Positions 20,332-29,466 of a stretch of 64,000 bases of DNA are shown here, piece after piece; position 1 is the first letter of the stretch, and each line of letters begins with the position of its first letter. Origin of the DNA: a virus. The notes beneath the pieces are model-generated. The model worked only from the letters and a program-made list of their open reading frames with translations. It did no database searches and was not told the origin of the DNA. The DNA lies in the IMG/VR virus record IMGVR_UViG_3300020424_000003, positions 16,676 through 80,675 of that record; one strand, given 5' to 3'. The position numbers were made by a program, and so were the translations under genes.

Positions 20332-21012
20332 TTATGCAAACTGGTCATAGTATAGATACACCCTATCCCACCATTTAGACTCCCATGATTTAAATTCATC
20401 TGGGTATATGTCAAATTGTTGATATTCATTGTTTCTACTGCACATAAACACATGGCCTTCCTGTATATTAGTGCCATATATTTCGTTGTGTGCTAGGGCA
20501 TAGGCAGTGAGCTGAAGTTTGTAATCTTCTACCCATTCTTCTTTCTTAGGCTTGTTTGTTTGTTTAAAGTCCATGATGCTTTCCGCACCGTTAAAGACGC
20601 CTACGAGGTCTGTAGTGCCGGCGTAAATCTTAGGATGGTATAATTGTACCTCAGACCCCCATATTTCGTCTATTTTACTTAATGCTTTGTCTTTTATGGT
20701 CGTTGCCATCTTGTTTGCTTGTTGGCTGTAAGGGTTTGATCCAGCAGATGGCCAGTTGCCTGTTTCAACATAATCTTCAAGAAATTTGTGCATACGTGTT
20801 CCTATACTAGCGGCCTCTGTTGCTATTTCGTTTGCCTTTGTTTCACCAACCCTTTTACGCCATTCTATCAAAGAAGTTTTGTCCTTTGTTTTATCTAGTA
20901 TGGTTGTAACACTTGCAACACTATTGCCATCTGGACAAGCATAAAGTCTTTTGCCATTGACACTTTCTTTTTTAATTTCTTCGTAGTTGAACTTTTTAAT
21001 TAGTAGTGTCAT
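20332..21012 (-). CDS. PD-(D/E)xK exonuclease
   Basis: SVTTIL, GTRMH, AGTTD...IMDFKQ, QLTAY. Confidence 0.88.
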   Translation of the reverse strand: MTLLIKKFNYEEIKKESVNGKRLYACPDGNSVASVTTILDKTKDKTSLIEWRKRVGETKANEIATEAASIGTRMHKFLEDYVETGNWPSAGSNPYSQQANKMATTIKDKALSKIDEIWGSEVQLYHPKIYAGTTDLVGVFNGAESIMDFKQTNKPKKEEWVEDYKLQLTAYALAHNEIYGTNIQEGHVFMCSRNNEYQQFDIYPDEFKSWESKWWDRVYLYYDQFA

Positions 21013-21514
21013 CTGCTTTCCATTTCGCTTTAAAATTAATAACCAACACACTTCTATCATTTGCACTAGGATAAGTTAAATGGTTTACATTGCCATTCAA
21101 TATAACAAGTTTGCCTGGTGCGGGTTTGATTTCTATGTGTTGTACTTCTGTGTTTGGATGTCCTAATAAAGTTACAAGACTGCCATCTGATTCAGCAAAA
21201 TACATCACTGTGCTAATTAATGATTCTTCATTTGTATGGTTATGTACTTTTTGATATCCGTGTGGTTTGTAATCTATGTACCAACTGTGTACTGCATTAA
21301 TTTCTTCAATTGGAATATTATTTTCTTGTAGTTTCTTTAATGTAAAATCATAGAATCCTAAAGATATGTTATTAATATCACAGGTGTTTTGTGTTCTGTC
21401 ATCATAGTCTGTGGTTTCCACAAAACTTCTAATCATTACGTGTTTGATGTTTTCCCAATCAGGATACTTTGTTTCTATGACAAATTGTCCAGGTGCAAAA
21501 TAACTATTTTCCAT
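20996..21514 (-). CDS. Putative 2OG-Fe(II) oxygenase
   Basis: HNH...STVMY...H..YP...R..VINF. Confidence 0.7.
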   Translation of the reverse strand: MENSYFAPGQFVIETKYPDWENIKHVMIRSFVETTDYDDRTQNTCDINNISLGFYDFTLKKLQENNIPIEEINAVHSWYIDYKPHGYQKVHNHTNEESLISTVMYFAESDGSLVTLLGHPNTEVQHIEIKPAPGKLVILNGNVNHLTYPSANDRSVLVINFKAKWKADDTTN

Positions 21515-22364
21515 CTTTCATCCAGTCATGTCTATCAGGGTCTAATTTATGCACCATGCCTGGAATAGGCTCATCAGGAGCAAAGTATTCAAAGTCAAAG
21601 TCAACAACAAATGTTCTACGTGGTTTCTTTGCAGGATATACACCATGCCATACTCTGCCGTCAAGTATTACAGTTCTACCTGGATAAGGACCAAACTGTG
21701 TCATTAACTGTGAACCATCTGGATTAGGCATCAAAGTATAAAGCATACCATTGTCTGCAGATTGTTCATTGGTTCCTGTTGTAGGTTGGGCATCCATTGC
21801 CATTACCATACTAATACACATTGGACCGTGATTGTGTATTGCTTGATAACCTCCATCGTTATAATCAACACACCAACACTTGCTTACCTTTATTGATTTA
21901 ATAGGAACACGATTACGTCTAATTTGTGACATGACCCATTTCAATAGTTTGTCCCAATTGATATTGTCAAACTTGTTTTGATCAATGGGTGGAAAGTTAG
22001 ATCCAGGATTAGCAGGGTTAACTTCAAATTCTGTTTCGTTCAGTGTTTGTGAACTTGGAAATCCTACTTGCTCTGGCGTGTCTGGATTCATCTTATCCGA
22101 ACGCACTACATTGCCTCCCCATTCAGGTAAGTTCTTAGGAGTCACATCATATTGATATCCTCTGAAAGTAGTTTTAATTTTGCTTTCGTCTTCGCCTCTG
22201 TATTCTTCGTTCTCAAATAACTTTAAAAAATCTTCATAGAATGGACACTTGACATCAATTATCCATTGGTTCATTGCACTATGAAATTCTGTGTTTGAAT
22301 TAGGATTTACGTTTGGAGTACCTTCATATGGATCCGGAGCCATGTGTTCTGTCTTCTCAACCAT
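21504..22364 (-). CDS. Putative 2OG-Fe(II) oxygenase
   Basis: QAIHNH...WHGVYP...RRTFV; paralogous to its neighbour. Confidence 0.7.
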   Translation of the reverse strand: MVEKTEHMAPDPYEGTPNVNPNSNTEFHSAMNQWIIDVKCPFYEDFLKLFENEEYRGEDESKIKTTFRGYQYDVTPKNLPEWGGNVVRSDKMNPDTPEQVGFPSSQTLNETEFEVNPANPGSNFPPIDQNKFDNINWDKLLKWVMSQIRRNRVPIKSIKVSKCWCVDYNDGGYQAIHNHGPMCISMVMAMDAQPTTGTNEQSADNGMLYTLMPNPDGSQLMTQFGPYPGRTVILDGRVWHGVYPAKKPRRTFVVDFDFEYFAPDEPIPGMVHKLDPDRHDWMKDGK

Positions 22365-23037
22365 TTACTACCTTTCTCAGTTGTGATTTAGGAACATCAA
22401 TGTGTCTTTTATCACACTCTGTATCTATCACACAAATGTTGCACTTGGGCTTTTTACTTTTGCACACTCTTTTTGCATGAGTTATAAGTTGCATATGAGC
22501 GGCGTACTTGTACTTATCGGGTGTAGATTCGTTGACAACAATACTTGACTTGCCTTCATCTAAACTATCTGTCCAACCCAATCTCCACAACAATCTAAAC
22601 ACATGAGTATCAACTGCTATGTAAGGTTTATTAAACACAAACCTCATTACAATGTCAGATGACTTTTTACCTACACCTGGTAACTTCATTAGTTCTTTTT
22701 GTGTGTCAGGAACACGACCATCGTACTCCTCTAATAATTTTTTACTTGTTGCAAGAATGTTTTTGCTTTTTGCATTATATAATCCTGCAGGCTTGATTGC
22801 TTCTATCACTTGTTCCTGTGTGAGCTTTATCATTTCTTGTGGAGTTTCAGCTAATGCAAATAATTGTTTACAAGCCACAGCCGTTCTTGCATCTTGGCTT
22901 TGTGCTGACAACATAACTCCTATTAAACTTTGATAAGCTCTGCTATGAATCTTTGCGGCAGGCTTGGCGTTCCTATACTTAGGCCAATAGTCAGAAAGTC
23001 TTTCGTAAATTGTTTCAATCTGTTTTTGTGTTTTCAT
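22357..23037 (-). CDS. nth: Endonuclease III (HhH-GPD glycosylase)
   Basis: LSAQSQD, LPGVGKK, AVDTHVFR and CKSKKPKCNICVIDTEC Fe-S motif. Confidence 0.93.
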   Translation of the reverse strand: MKTQKQIETIYERLSDYWPKYRNAKPAAKIHSRAYQSLIGVMLSAQSQDARTAVACKQLFALAETPQEMIKLTQEQVIEAIKPAGLYNAKSKNILATSKKLLEEYDGRVPDTQKELMKLPGVGKKSSDIVMRFVFNKPYIAVDTHVFRLLWRLGWTDSLDEGKSSIVVNESTPDKYKYAAHMQLITHAKRVCKSKKPKCNICVIDTECDKRHIDVPKSQLRKVVNG

Positions 23038-23404
23038 CTGTGGTTGGCTCTTGTTCTAGTTCATCTAACATTTCATCATATGACTTGCCTGGATTTTCCC
23101 AACTGCTATACATATTAGGTTCTTGTGTATAGTAAGGATCATTAAAGTTGGGATCATCAACTCCTTCTACTGCATTAACTTCAGGTATGTAATGCTTCAA
23201 CATATTTTCTACACCAAGTTTCAATGTTACTGAACTACTAGCACAACCAGAACAAGCACCTGACATAAGCATCAATGCAACGCCTGTGTCCATATCAAAG
23301 TCTTGTAACTTAACAACACCACCGTGCATCTCTACACTAGGTTGTATGTTCTTTTCAACTATTGAATTTATCTCTTCAACTATTTGTTCTTTTGTTCTAC
23401 TCAT
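23015..23404 (-). CDS. NifU/NfuA-type Fe-S carrier
   Basis: HGGVV...GACSGCASSSVTLKLGVE. Confidence 0.9.
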   Translation of the reverse strand: MSRTKEQIVEEINSIVEKNIQPSVEMHGGVVKLQDFDMDTGVALMLMSGACSGCASSSVTLKLGVENMLKHYIPEVNAVEGVDDPNFNDPYYTQEPNMYSSWENPGKSYDEMLDELEQEPTTDENTKTD

Positions 23405-23994
23405 AATGGTATGTAGTTCCTATCTCTTCCGTCTGTGTTAATTGTAAATGTAATTCTATCGCCTGTGCTTTTACTTGCCTGTGTCTTGTGAGTCATCCAT
23501 CCTGGGAACAATAACACGTCGTTGGTCTTCACATGAACTTCTTTCCAGTAATCATGAATTGTGTTTTCTGGTATTCTTGAATAGTGTGTCCAGTTAGTTC
23601 TCAACAACTGTTCAAACATAAGATTACCGCTATCTTCAGGTACCTGCACATAGGCTGATACCACCACATTGGTTGAACCATGATCATGAGGTAATGTATG
23701 AGCATTTATATTGTGTATATTGGTCCAACTTCCTGTGGCTACAATGTCTGTAAACTGAATGTCCCATTCACGTAAACAGATGTCTATTTTTGGTTTTAAC
23801 CAAATCATAAATTCTCTATTGCACTCCCACTCGTGTGGTGGGTTTGGATGTCCTGCCGTGGACTTTCCGCCATCAGCTTCTGTCTGATGAAACTCAGCTT
23901 CTTTGGCTTGGTAGTCTAAGAATGCCTGTACATCAAAGCCAGGTTCATAATTATATTTCCAAACTAGGTTAGGTAGTATTTTTACTTCGCTCAT
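23401..23994 (-). CDS. Putative 2OG-Fe(II) oxygenase
   Basis: HDHG...SAYV...FPGWMTH...RITFTIN. Confidence 0.8.
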   Translation of the reverse strand: MSEVKILPNLVWKYNYEPGFDVQAFLDYQAKEAEFHQTEADGGKSTAGHPNPPHEWECNREFMIWLKPKIDICLREWDIQFTDIVATGSWTNIHNINAHTLPHDHGSTNVVVSAYVQVPEDSGNLMFEQLLRTNWTHYSRIPENTIHDYWKEVHVKTNDVLLFPGWMTHKTQASKSTGDRITFTINTDGRDRNYIPL

Positions 23995-24045
23995 TATTAT
24001 ACCTCATTTACACAAAGTATATAACAAAAAATAGATTATGTCAAG

Positions 24046-24402
24046 TTAAAGAGCGGCGTTGGTTGCTCTTTTTGCCATTTGGTCGACTGTTGCATCTGCT
24101 GGATCAGTAGTTTTAGTCATTGGCTCTTCACTGTCAGCTTCTTGTTTTGTGGTTAATGTTACACCTTTGTCATCAAAATTTTTGACAAGTTTTTGAACGT
24201 CTGGATTGGCATCATATATTTGTTTGAAGCCATCATAGTCAAACTGTTGTAGATCCATGTTGGTCATTATTTGATTGAGTGCTTCAAAAGACAGATAGGC
24301 AGACTGACCTTTACTGTCAGCACTACCTATCATATTTCTAAATGTTGAGATTAACGCCTCTTTTGAATTTGACGCTTCAGTTACTTTGGTTCTTGTGGAG
24401 CC
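24046..24402 (-). CDS. Downstream frame reached by a -1 shift from the 377-aa gene
   Basis: Frame is open from the A9 run (24403-24411) through the track ORF 24046-24333, whose ATG has no evident SD. Confidence 0.7.
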   Translation of the reverse strand, partial: GSTRTKVTEASNSKEALISTFRNMIGSADSKGQSAYLSFEALNQIMTNMDLQQFDYDGFKQIYDANPDVQKLVKNFDDKGVTLTTKQEADSEEPMTKTTDPADATVDQMAKRATNAAL

Positions 24403-25514
24403 TTTTTTTTTGAGTCAGTTAATAACTGACCTAATCTTCTGCTACGTTCAACGGATTCTCGTTTTTCCCTGTCCGCTACCTCTTCGCCTCCTGTTGCTGG
24501 TTCACTTGCTCCGAACTCATCATCAGTTGCTACTGGTTCAGCACCGGCCTCCTGGTCAACTGTTGGTTCCATTGGTTCCTCAGCTGGAGCTTCTGGATCT
24601 GCACCCATTGGCTCTGGAGCACCTTCGCCTGTTACGATGGCTACGCCACCTGTTAGTGCTTCTCTTGTAGTTTCAAAAACTGTATATAAATTTTCAAGTG
24701 CTGGTTTTACAGTATTGATGAACTCTTCGCTTTTCTCTGATCCTAATTCATCTCTGATCTTATCGCCTAGTTCAAGCATTGATTCAGTTTGCATTTCTGC
24801 TGTATCTTCCATCCAGCCTGTGAGTCTATCCACCATGTCCTTTGCGGCCATAACTAATGTTGCTTTATCTTCTTCACCCTCTATTAATTTAATGTAGCCT
24901 TCTAATGCTTCATTCATTTCTTTCTTGCAATCTTTGATTAACTGCTTTAATTTGTCTTTGTCTGCATCTGGGTGCATTTTCAACATTTCTGCTTCGGACA
25001 TTCCATCCTTGCACATTTTCATTACGTGTGCTTTTGATGGCATTTTACCTTTTTCTTCTTTTTCTTTGATGTCTTTAGCTTCGTCGTCTTTACCTTGCTT
25101 TTTAAGTATTGCTTTCTTTAAGCCTGCTGGTAATTTTTCTTGACCTTTTGTTAAATCTTCATCAGCTACATCTTCTTTTTTAGCTTCTTTATCCTTAACA
25201 GCCTTTTTCATTGGCTCTTTCTTATCGCCATCACCATCTATATCGATATAGTCTGGTTTAGCTTTAGCTCTTTCTTCAATTTCTCTGTTGATTACGTCTA
25301 GGAACATTTTGCCTTTTTGGTAGGCATCGCTTGTATGAACTGTTTCGAAACTTTCGTTGGTTTCAACTTGACTTAATTGTGTTCTAAGTTTGTTACGAGC
25401 ATCTTCAAGTTGCTCATTAGTGAAATCGTTCAAACGAAGTTTGGTTCCGAATGTTTTTGCCAATGACTCATTTAAGTCTTCAGCTGATGTTATTTTAAGT
25501 TCATTTAGTTTCAT
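24381..25514 (-). CDS. Acidic prohead-core/scaffold-like late protein
   Basis: MKLNEL start, LNE/IKE/LIE motifs, highly charged, upstream TAAATA. Confidence 0.65.
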   Translation of the reverse strand: MKLNELKITSAEDLNESLAKTFGTKLRLNDFTNEQLEDARNKLRTQLSQVETNESFETVHTSDAYQKGKMFLDVINREIEERAKAKPDYIDIDGDGDKKEPMKKAVKDKEAKKEDVADEDLTKGQEKLPAGLKKAILKKQGKDDEAKDIKEKEEKGKMPSKAHVMKMCKDGMSEAEMLKMHPDADKDKLKQLIKDCKKEMNEALEGYIKLIEGEEDKATLVMAAKDMVDRLTGWMEDTAEMQTESMLELGDKIRDELGSEKSEEFINTVKPALENLYTVFETTREALTGGVAIVTGEGAPEPMGADPEAPAEEPMEPTVDQEAGAEPVATDDEFGASEPATGGEEVADREKRESVERSRRLGQLLTDSKKKAPQEPK

Positions 25515-25547
25515 AGCACCGTTCCTATATGTTATTATTATTTATCA

Positions 25548-25985
25548 TCAATCATCAAATATGTATTCGTCTAATTGGCAGATATAGTCGTATGTATGGT
25601 CTTTTGCAAGTTCAAACCGCATATAAGCCATCTCTTTGCGTGTTTCGTCCTGGGTTTGCTCTATGGTATTCTTGTGAAATATGCTGTCCATGTAGTGTTT
25701 ATTAAGTTTTGAGTCCAAATGTAGGACTGTGTTCAATGTTTGCTTGTCTGATCTAGCTCTTGCTTTAGCATAAGCAATGGCTCCACGTTTACTAAAGGTT
25801 GTGCCTACTCGTTTATGGGTACCAACATCAAACAACAGATATCCACCATCTTTTTTGGATTCTCTGAATATTGTGTTCTTGATTCTTACTGATTTGCCTT
25901 TGCCCTTCACATAAGGCATATGGACCTTTTGAAGGCCATTTTCCATGATTTCATCTAGGGCTTTTTGTAATTTAGTAGGATTCAT
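25548..25985 (-). CDS. Hypothetical protein
   Basis: ORF in the late operon. Confidence 0.7.
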   Translation of the reverse strand: MNPTKLQKALDEIMENGLQKVHMPYVKGKGKSVRIKNTIFRESKKDGGYLLFDVGTHKRVGTTFSKRGAIAYAKARARSDKQTLNTVLHLDSKLNKHYMDSIFHKNTIEQTQDETRKEMAYMRFELAKDHTYDYICQLDEYIFDD

Positions 25986-26181
25986 TTGCAATTACCATTA
26001 CACTTCCATTATTGGTAATTTTACTTACCAGAGCTTTTCTAATAAGCCCTTCAATAACGAAACGTTCGCGTTCAGGAAAACTAATTAGGGGCATTGGATA
26101 ATCCTGCATTCTAGCAAGAACTTCCTTCTCTTCATTAGTTGTTTGTATACTGAATTCACCTACCAGTTCATTAAGTTTCAT
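25972..26181 (-). CDS. Hypothetical protein, MKLNEL N-terminus
   Basis: Coupled ORF. Confidence 0.7.
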   Translation of the reverse strand: MKLNELVGEFSIQTTNEEKEVLARMQDYPMPLISFPERERFVIEGLIRKALVSKITNNGSVMVIANESY

Positions 26182-26633
26182 TAGACTACCTTACCAGCCA
26201 TTGAATTACCTGCGGCTTGGTCTGCTTTCTTTTTTACTATAGAATCTAGTTCTTTTTTATTATAAACAAATGCTTGTGGCTCTCCAGGTTTTGCTTCTGG
26301 ATTTTTAAGTGTTACCATATCACCCTTTACATCGTCAATATCAAATTCAGTTTCTTTTCCACTTTGCGTTGGCATTGCGATTGAACTACCTTTCTTTAAG
26401 ATAGCATTCGAAACTTTACTCTGTGCTTTTTGTACGGCTTTCACTGCCGCTTGGCCAATACCTTTGGCTTTATTGGCTCCTACTTTTCCAAGTTGAGCTC
26501 CCATTCTTACACCAGCCTTCGCCGCCGCGGATCCCATTTTAGCACCTACACGACCTATGGCCGCTCCTATTGCCGGTACTACCTCTACAACCTTGCCGTC
26601 TTCCTTGGGCTTGATGAATTCGTTTGCTCTCAT
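26181..26633 (-). CDS. Hypothetical Ala/Gly/Lys-rich protein, MRANEF N-terminus
   Basis: Coupled ORF. Confidence 0.7.
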   Translation of the reverse strand: MRANEFIKPKEDGKVVEVVPAIGAAIGRVGAKMGSAAAKAGVRMGAQLGKVGANKAKGIGQAAVKAVQKAQSKVSNAILKKGSSIAMPTQSGKETEFDIDDVKGDMVTLKNPEAKPGEPQAFVYNKKELDSIVKKKADQAAGNSMAGKVV

Positions 26634-26989
26634 TACTTGCTTCTTCTTCCTGGTTTAAACTTGCGGGCCTTTTTTGCTTTCACAGGTTTATACCTTCTTT
26701 GTGTATTCTGTACGTTTGCTTTTGTTAAACGTTTTGTTAAACCACCAGCTCTTTTAATACGAGCTGATTTAACTTTCATAACACTTGAACGTCTAGCCTT
26801 TGCTCTTTTTAAATTAATAGCACTTCCTACTTTCTTCTGTGCATTACAGGTACTAGGTTGTGCAACAATTCTACCTTTACGTGTTCCTGAGGTACATCTA
26901 TATTTACGTACAAGTTTGCCTTTGTTTCTACCCCAAATTTGAACTACGCCTTCCTTAATAGATTCTGTCATTATTTCTTTTATCAACAT
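26633..26989 (-). CDS. Very basic protein, paralog A
   Basis: QIWGR...RKYRCTSGTRKGRIV. Confidence 0.75.
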   Translation of the reverse strand: MLIKEIMTESIKEGVVQIWGRNKGKLVRKYRCTSGTRKGRIVAQPSTCNAQKKVGSAINLKRAKARRSSVMKVKSARIKRAGGLTKRLTKANVQNTQRRYKPVKAKKARKFKPGRRSK

Positions 26990-27273
26990 TATCTTCTACC
27001 GGCCTTGTTTAATGCTTGTACTCTACGACTTGCAGGATTTACTCTTTTAGTTCTGCGAGCCTTTCTCATCATTTTAGCCCCAATCCTTGCTCTTGTACGT
27101 TTCATTGTTATTCTAGCTTTCATGTTGGGGGAGGCAAAACATTGACTCATCTGTTTTACAATACGTCCTTTGCGTCTACCAGCTGTGCAACGATACTTTC
27201 GCACGACCTTCTTACCAGATCTTGCCCATATCTGCTTCTCAGTTAATGATTCATATATTTCACGTACTAGCAT
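26989..27273 (-). CDS. Very basic protein, paralog B
   Basis: QIWAR...RKYRCTAGRRKGRIV. Confidence 0.75.
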   Translation of the reverse strand: MLVREIYESLTEKQIWARSGKKVVRKYRCTAGRRKGRIVKQMSQCFASPNMKARITMKRTRARIGAKMMRKARRTKRVNPASRRVQALNKAGRR

Positions 27274-27316
27274 ACGTGTATTTATGTTGTTAAAGATGTA
27301 AAGTAATTAGGTTGGA

Positions 27317-27553
27317 TTATGTAAAGTTGATAAGGACTACGACTACTGTTGAAAGCAAACCAGCTATAATTGTGCCTGTTGCACCTATAATAACTTTTAC
27401 CATTGACTTATTACCATGTGTGATATCGGCGTGAACGTGTTCAACTTTGGCTTCGATCTTGCTGAGGCGAAGCTCTAAATTGTTATATCTCTGTTCGCAC
27501 AAATCAACGTGTGCTTCTAAGTTTTCTCTTTCTAAACTAGTGGCTCTTGCCAT
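27317..27553 (-). CDS. Coiled-coil protein with C-terminal TM helix
   Basis: ATG at 27553 after GGAGAG; heptad region then hydrophobic tail. Confidence 0.7.
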   Translation of the reverse strand: MARATSLERENLEAHVDLCEQRYNNLELRLSKIEAKVEHVHADITHGNKSMVKVIIGATGTIIAGLLSTVVVVLINFT

Positions 27554-27647
27554 CTTTTTCTCTCCGTTCCTTATTCTATCGTGGAAGGGGCCTATAATCA
27601 AATCGCCTAAAGTAAGTTTGCCTAATACTTATATATTTACCGTGTGC

Positions 27648-28076
27648 CTACTGCTTTTTATCTGCTAACTTAAAAATGATGTTTTTACTAGCATCATCTT
27701 TTGTTCTGAAAGCATTATTATTTATCGTAACAGATTCAGTAAGCCCTGCAATAACAGGCACCAAATCAAAGTCATCTACCAATGCATCAACGGTCAAAGC
27801 ACCTTCCTGCTCAATGTTAAACTTGAAGTGCCATACATTGTGTTTGCCTTTAAATGATTGACCAAACTCACTATCAGTGATGTCCAATCCACTAACCATA
27901 ATAGGTTTTTCGTTGAAGTAAGGGTTTGCTCTAAGTCCTATGACTTGTAAAAATGTGTTCCAATTTGCTTGTTGGTTGATTGCCAAACGATCTTCACTAC
28001 GGAATTTGGTTTGTCCTGTGTTTGTTATGTCAATCAATGTTGCGACTTCGAAGTTCATATTACTACTTATAGCCAT
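27648..28076 (-). CDS. Hypothetical protein
   Basis: TLIDITNTG...NQQANWNTFLQVIGLR. Confidence 0.7.
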   Translation of the reverse strand: MAISSNMNFEVATLIDITNTGQTKFRSEDRLAINQQANWNTFLQVIGLRANPYFNEKPIMVSGLDITDSEFGQSFKGKHNVWHFKFNIEQEGALTVDALVDDFDLVPVIAGLTESVTINNNAFRTKDDASKNIIFKLADKKQ

Positions 28077-28108
28077 AAAAAAAGGGCTCGAATAAATCCG
28101 AGCCCTTT
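28077..28108 (-). terminator. Rho-independent terminator
   Basis: AAAGGGCTCG/CGAGCCCTTT stem followed by a U-tract on the minus strand. Confidence 0.8.
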
Positions 28109-28147
28109 AGTGTGTTTAGTTTTGCTAAACTTCTTACTAACTTAGAC

Positions 28148-28510
28148 TTACGCCGCTGTTAATGTAGAAGCCGCAACAACAGTTGATCCAGAAACGTCAA
28201 TGTCGTTTGGTCCTACTGCTGTACCTAAGTGTCTGATAGCCGCTTGTAAAGAAGCCGCGTCCCACTGTGAACTATCAACTAAGATAGTTGCCGTTCCTGC
28301 GTTGGAATCAGTGAAAGATGCACCTAGTGTGTTAGTTGCCATCATAATTGCTTCAACAACTTCGTTAGCCGCGTCATCTTCTGCTCTGATGTCTTGTGCT
28401 GAGTTTGAAGCATTTTTTACTGTTACTAAGAAAGCGCCGATGTTAGCACTTGTTCTGTAAGATCCTACAACATAGTTGCCGAATCCTGATACTCTACTTG
28501 GTCCTGCCAT
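28148..28510 (-). CDS. Probable virion structural protein
   Basis: Ala/Ser/Thr-rich; own TATAAATA promoter, strong SD and terminator. Confidence 0.6.
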   Translation of the reverse strand: MAGPSRVSGFGNYVVGSYRTSANIGAFLVTVKNASNSAQDIRAEDDAANEVVEAIMMATNTLGASFTDSNAGTATILVDSSQWDAASLQAAIRHLGTAVGPNDIDVSGSTVVAASTLTAA

Positions 28511-28596
28511 TTTATTTCTCCTATTTTCTAATGGCCTTAGAGCGTTCTCTTGCTCTTTGGTTACAAGTATTTATATTATTTTGGAAAAAAGTATGA

Positions 28597-29463
28597 TTAT
28601 CGGTTCTTTTTGGCTCTATTTTCTAAACTTCTAAGCATTTGCACATATCCGGGGCCTGCTTTTACTATGTTATCTACTATTAGAATTGCAGGCAAATAAC
28701 TTTTTACAAACTGTGATGGAATGCTTTTGCCGTCTTTGGCCATTTCTAAGAACTTCTTTGTACCAACTAAATTTTTAGATCCAACAAGATATCTATACAA
28801 AGACAAGTCTCTTGCAGTGACTGATATGTCAGGCATACTTACTGTTGGTTCATTGTCTTTAACTGTGCTTGTTTCTAAATCTCTCTGTGCAACAAGTTCT
28901 TCAAGATGTACAATTAAATCACTTGATCTAAGTTTTGCTCTTGCGGCAATGGACAATCTTGTTGCTAATCTTTTCTTGTCCATTGTTGTTAATGATTGAA
29001 AACTCATTAACGATCTTCTAATTGATTTGTAATCTGCGTTGGATATTCTTAATGCAGATTCTAATCCTATAAATGTTTCACTTGTTCGTGATGCTTGACC
29101 GTTGCCAAGTGTGGTTAGATATCTATTCAAACCATTAAGTGGCACACTGGTACGCCTTGCCACTAGTCTAGCACTATCGGGATCTTTAAGTTTGGAAAGA
29201 GCTTCATCATCTCCATTTGCGAAGTAGATGAAATTATGCAAGTCTGTGCCATGTATCTGAAAACGTCTATAGGAAGTATCGTGTGTTTTCTTTGCATAAG
29301 CCATAGCAATAGGCACATACCTTGGATATTTTCTCAATAGTTCTAGAACTAGTAAAGACAAGTACAATCTCTCGCAACAATCATTGTAAGTGAGTTTTAA
29401 AACATCACTTGAGTTACGAGTCATTCTTGCTTCATAGAGTTCCTCTATAAAATCAAGTTGCAT
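28597..29463 (-). CDS. Hypothetical protein
   Basis: 288 aa, MQLDFIEELYE start. Confidence 0.75.
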   Translation of the reverse strand: MQLDFIEELYEARMTRNSSDVLKLTYNDCCERLYLSLLVLELLRKYPRYVPIAMAYAKKTHDTSYRRFQIHGTDLHNFIYFANGDDEALSKLKDPDSARLVARRTSVPLNGLNRYLTTLGNGQASRTSETFIGLESALRISNADYKSIRRSLMSFQSLTTMDKKRLATRLSIAARAKLRSSDLIVHLEELVAQRDLETSTVKDNEPTVSMPDISVTARDLSLYRYLVGSKNLVGTKKFLEMAKDGKSIPSQFVKSYLPAILIVDNIVKAGPGYVQMLRSLENRAKKNR

Positions 29464-29466
29464 TAG

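Noticed and set aside
20332-21012. Cas4-like nuclease suggesting CRISPR
   Set aside because: No Fe-S cysteine set, no cas genes and no repeat-spacer array in the window
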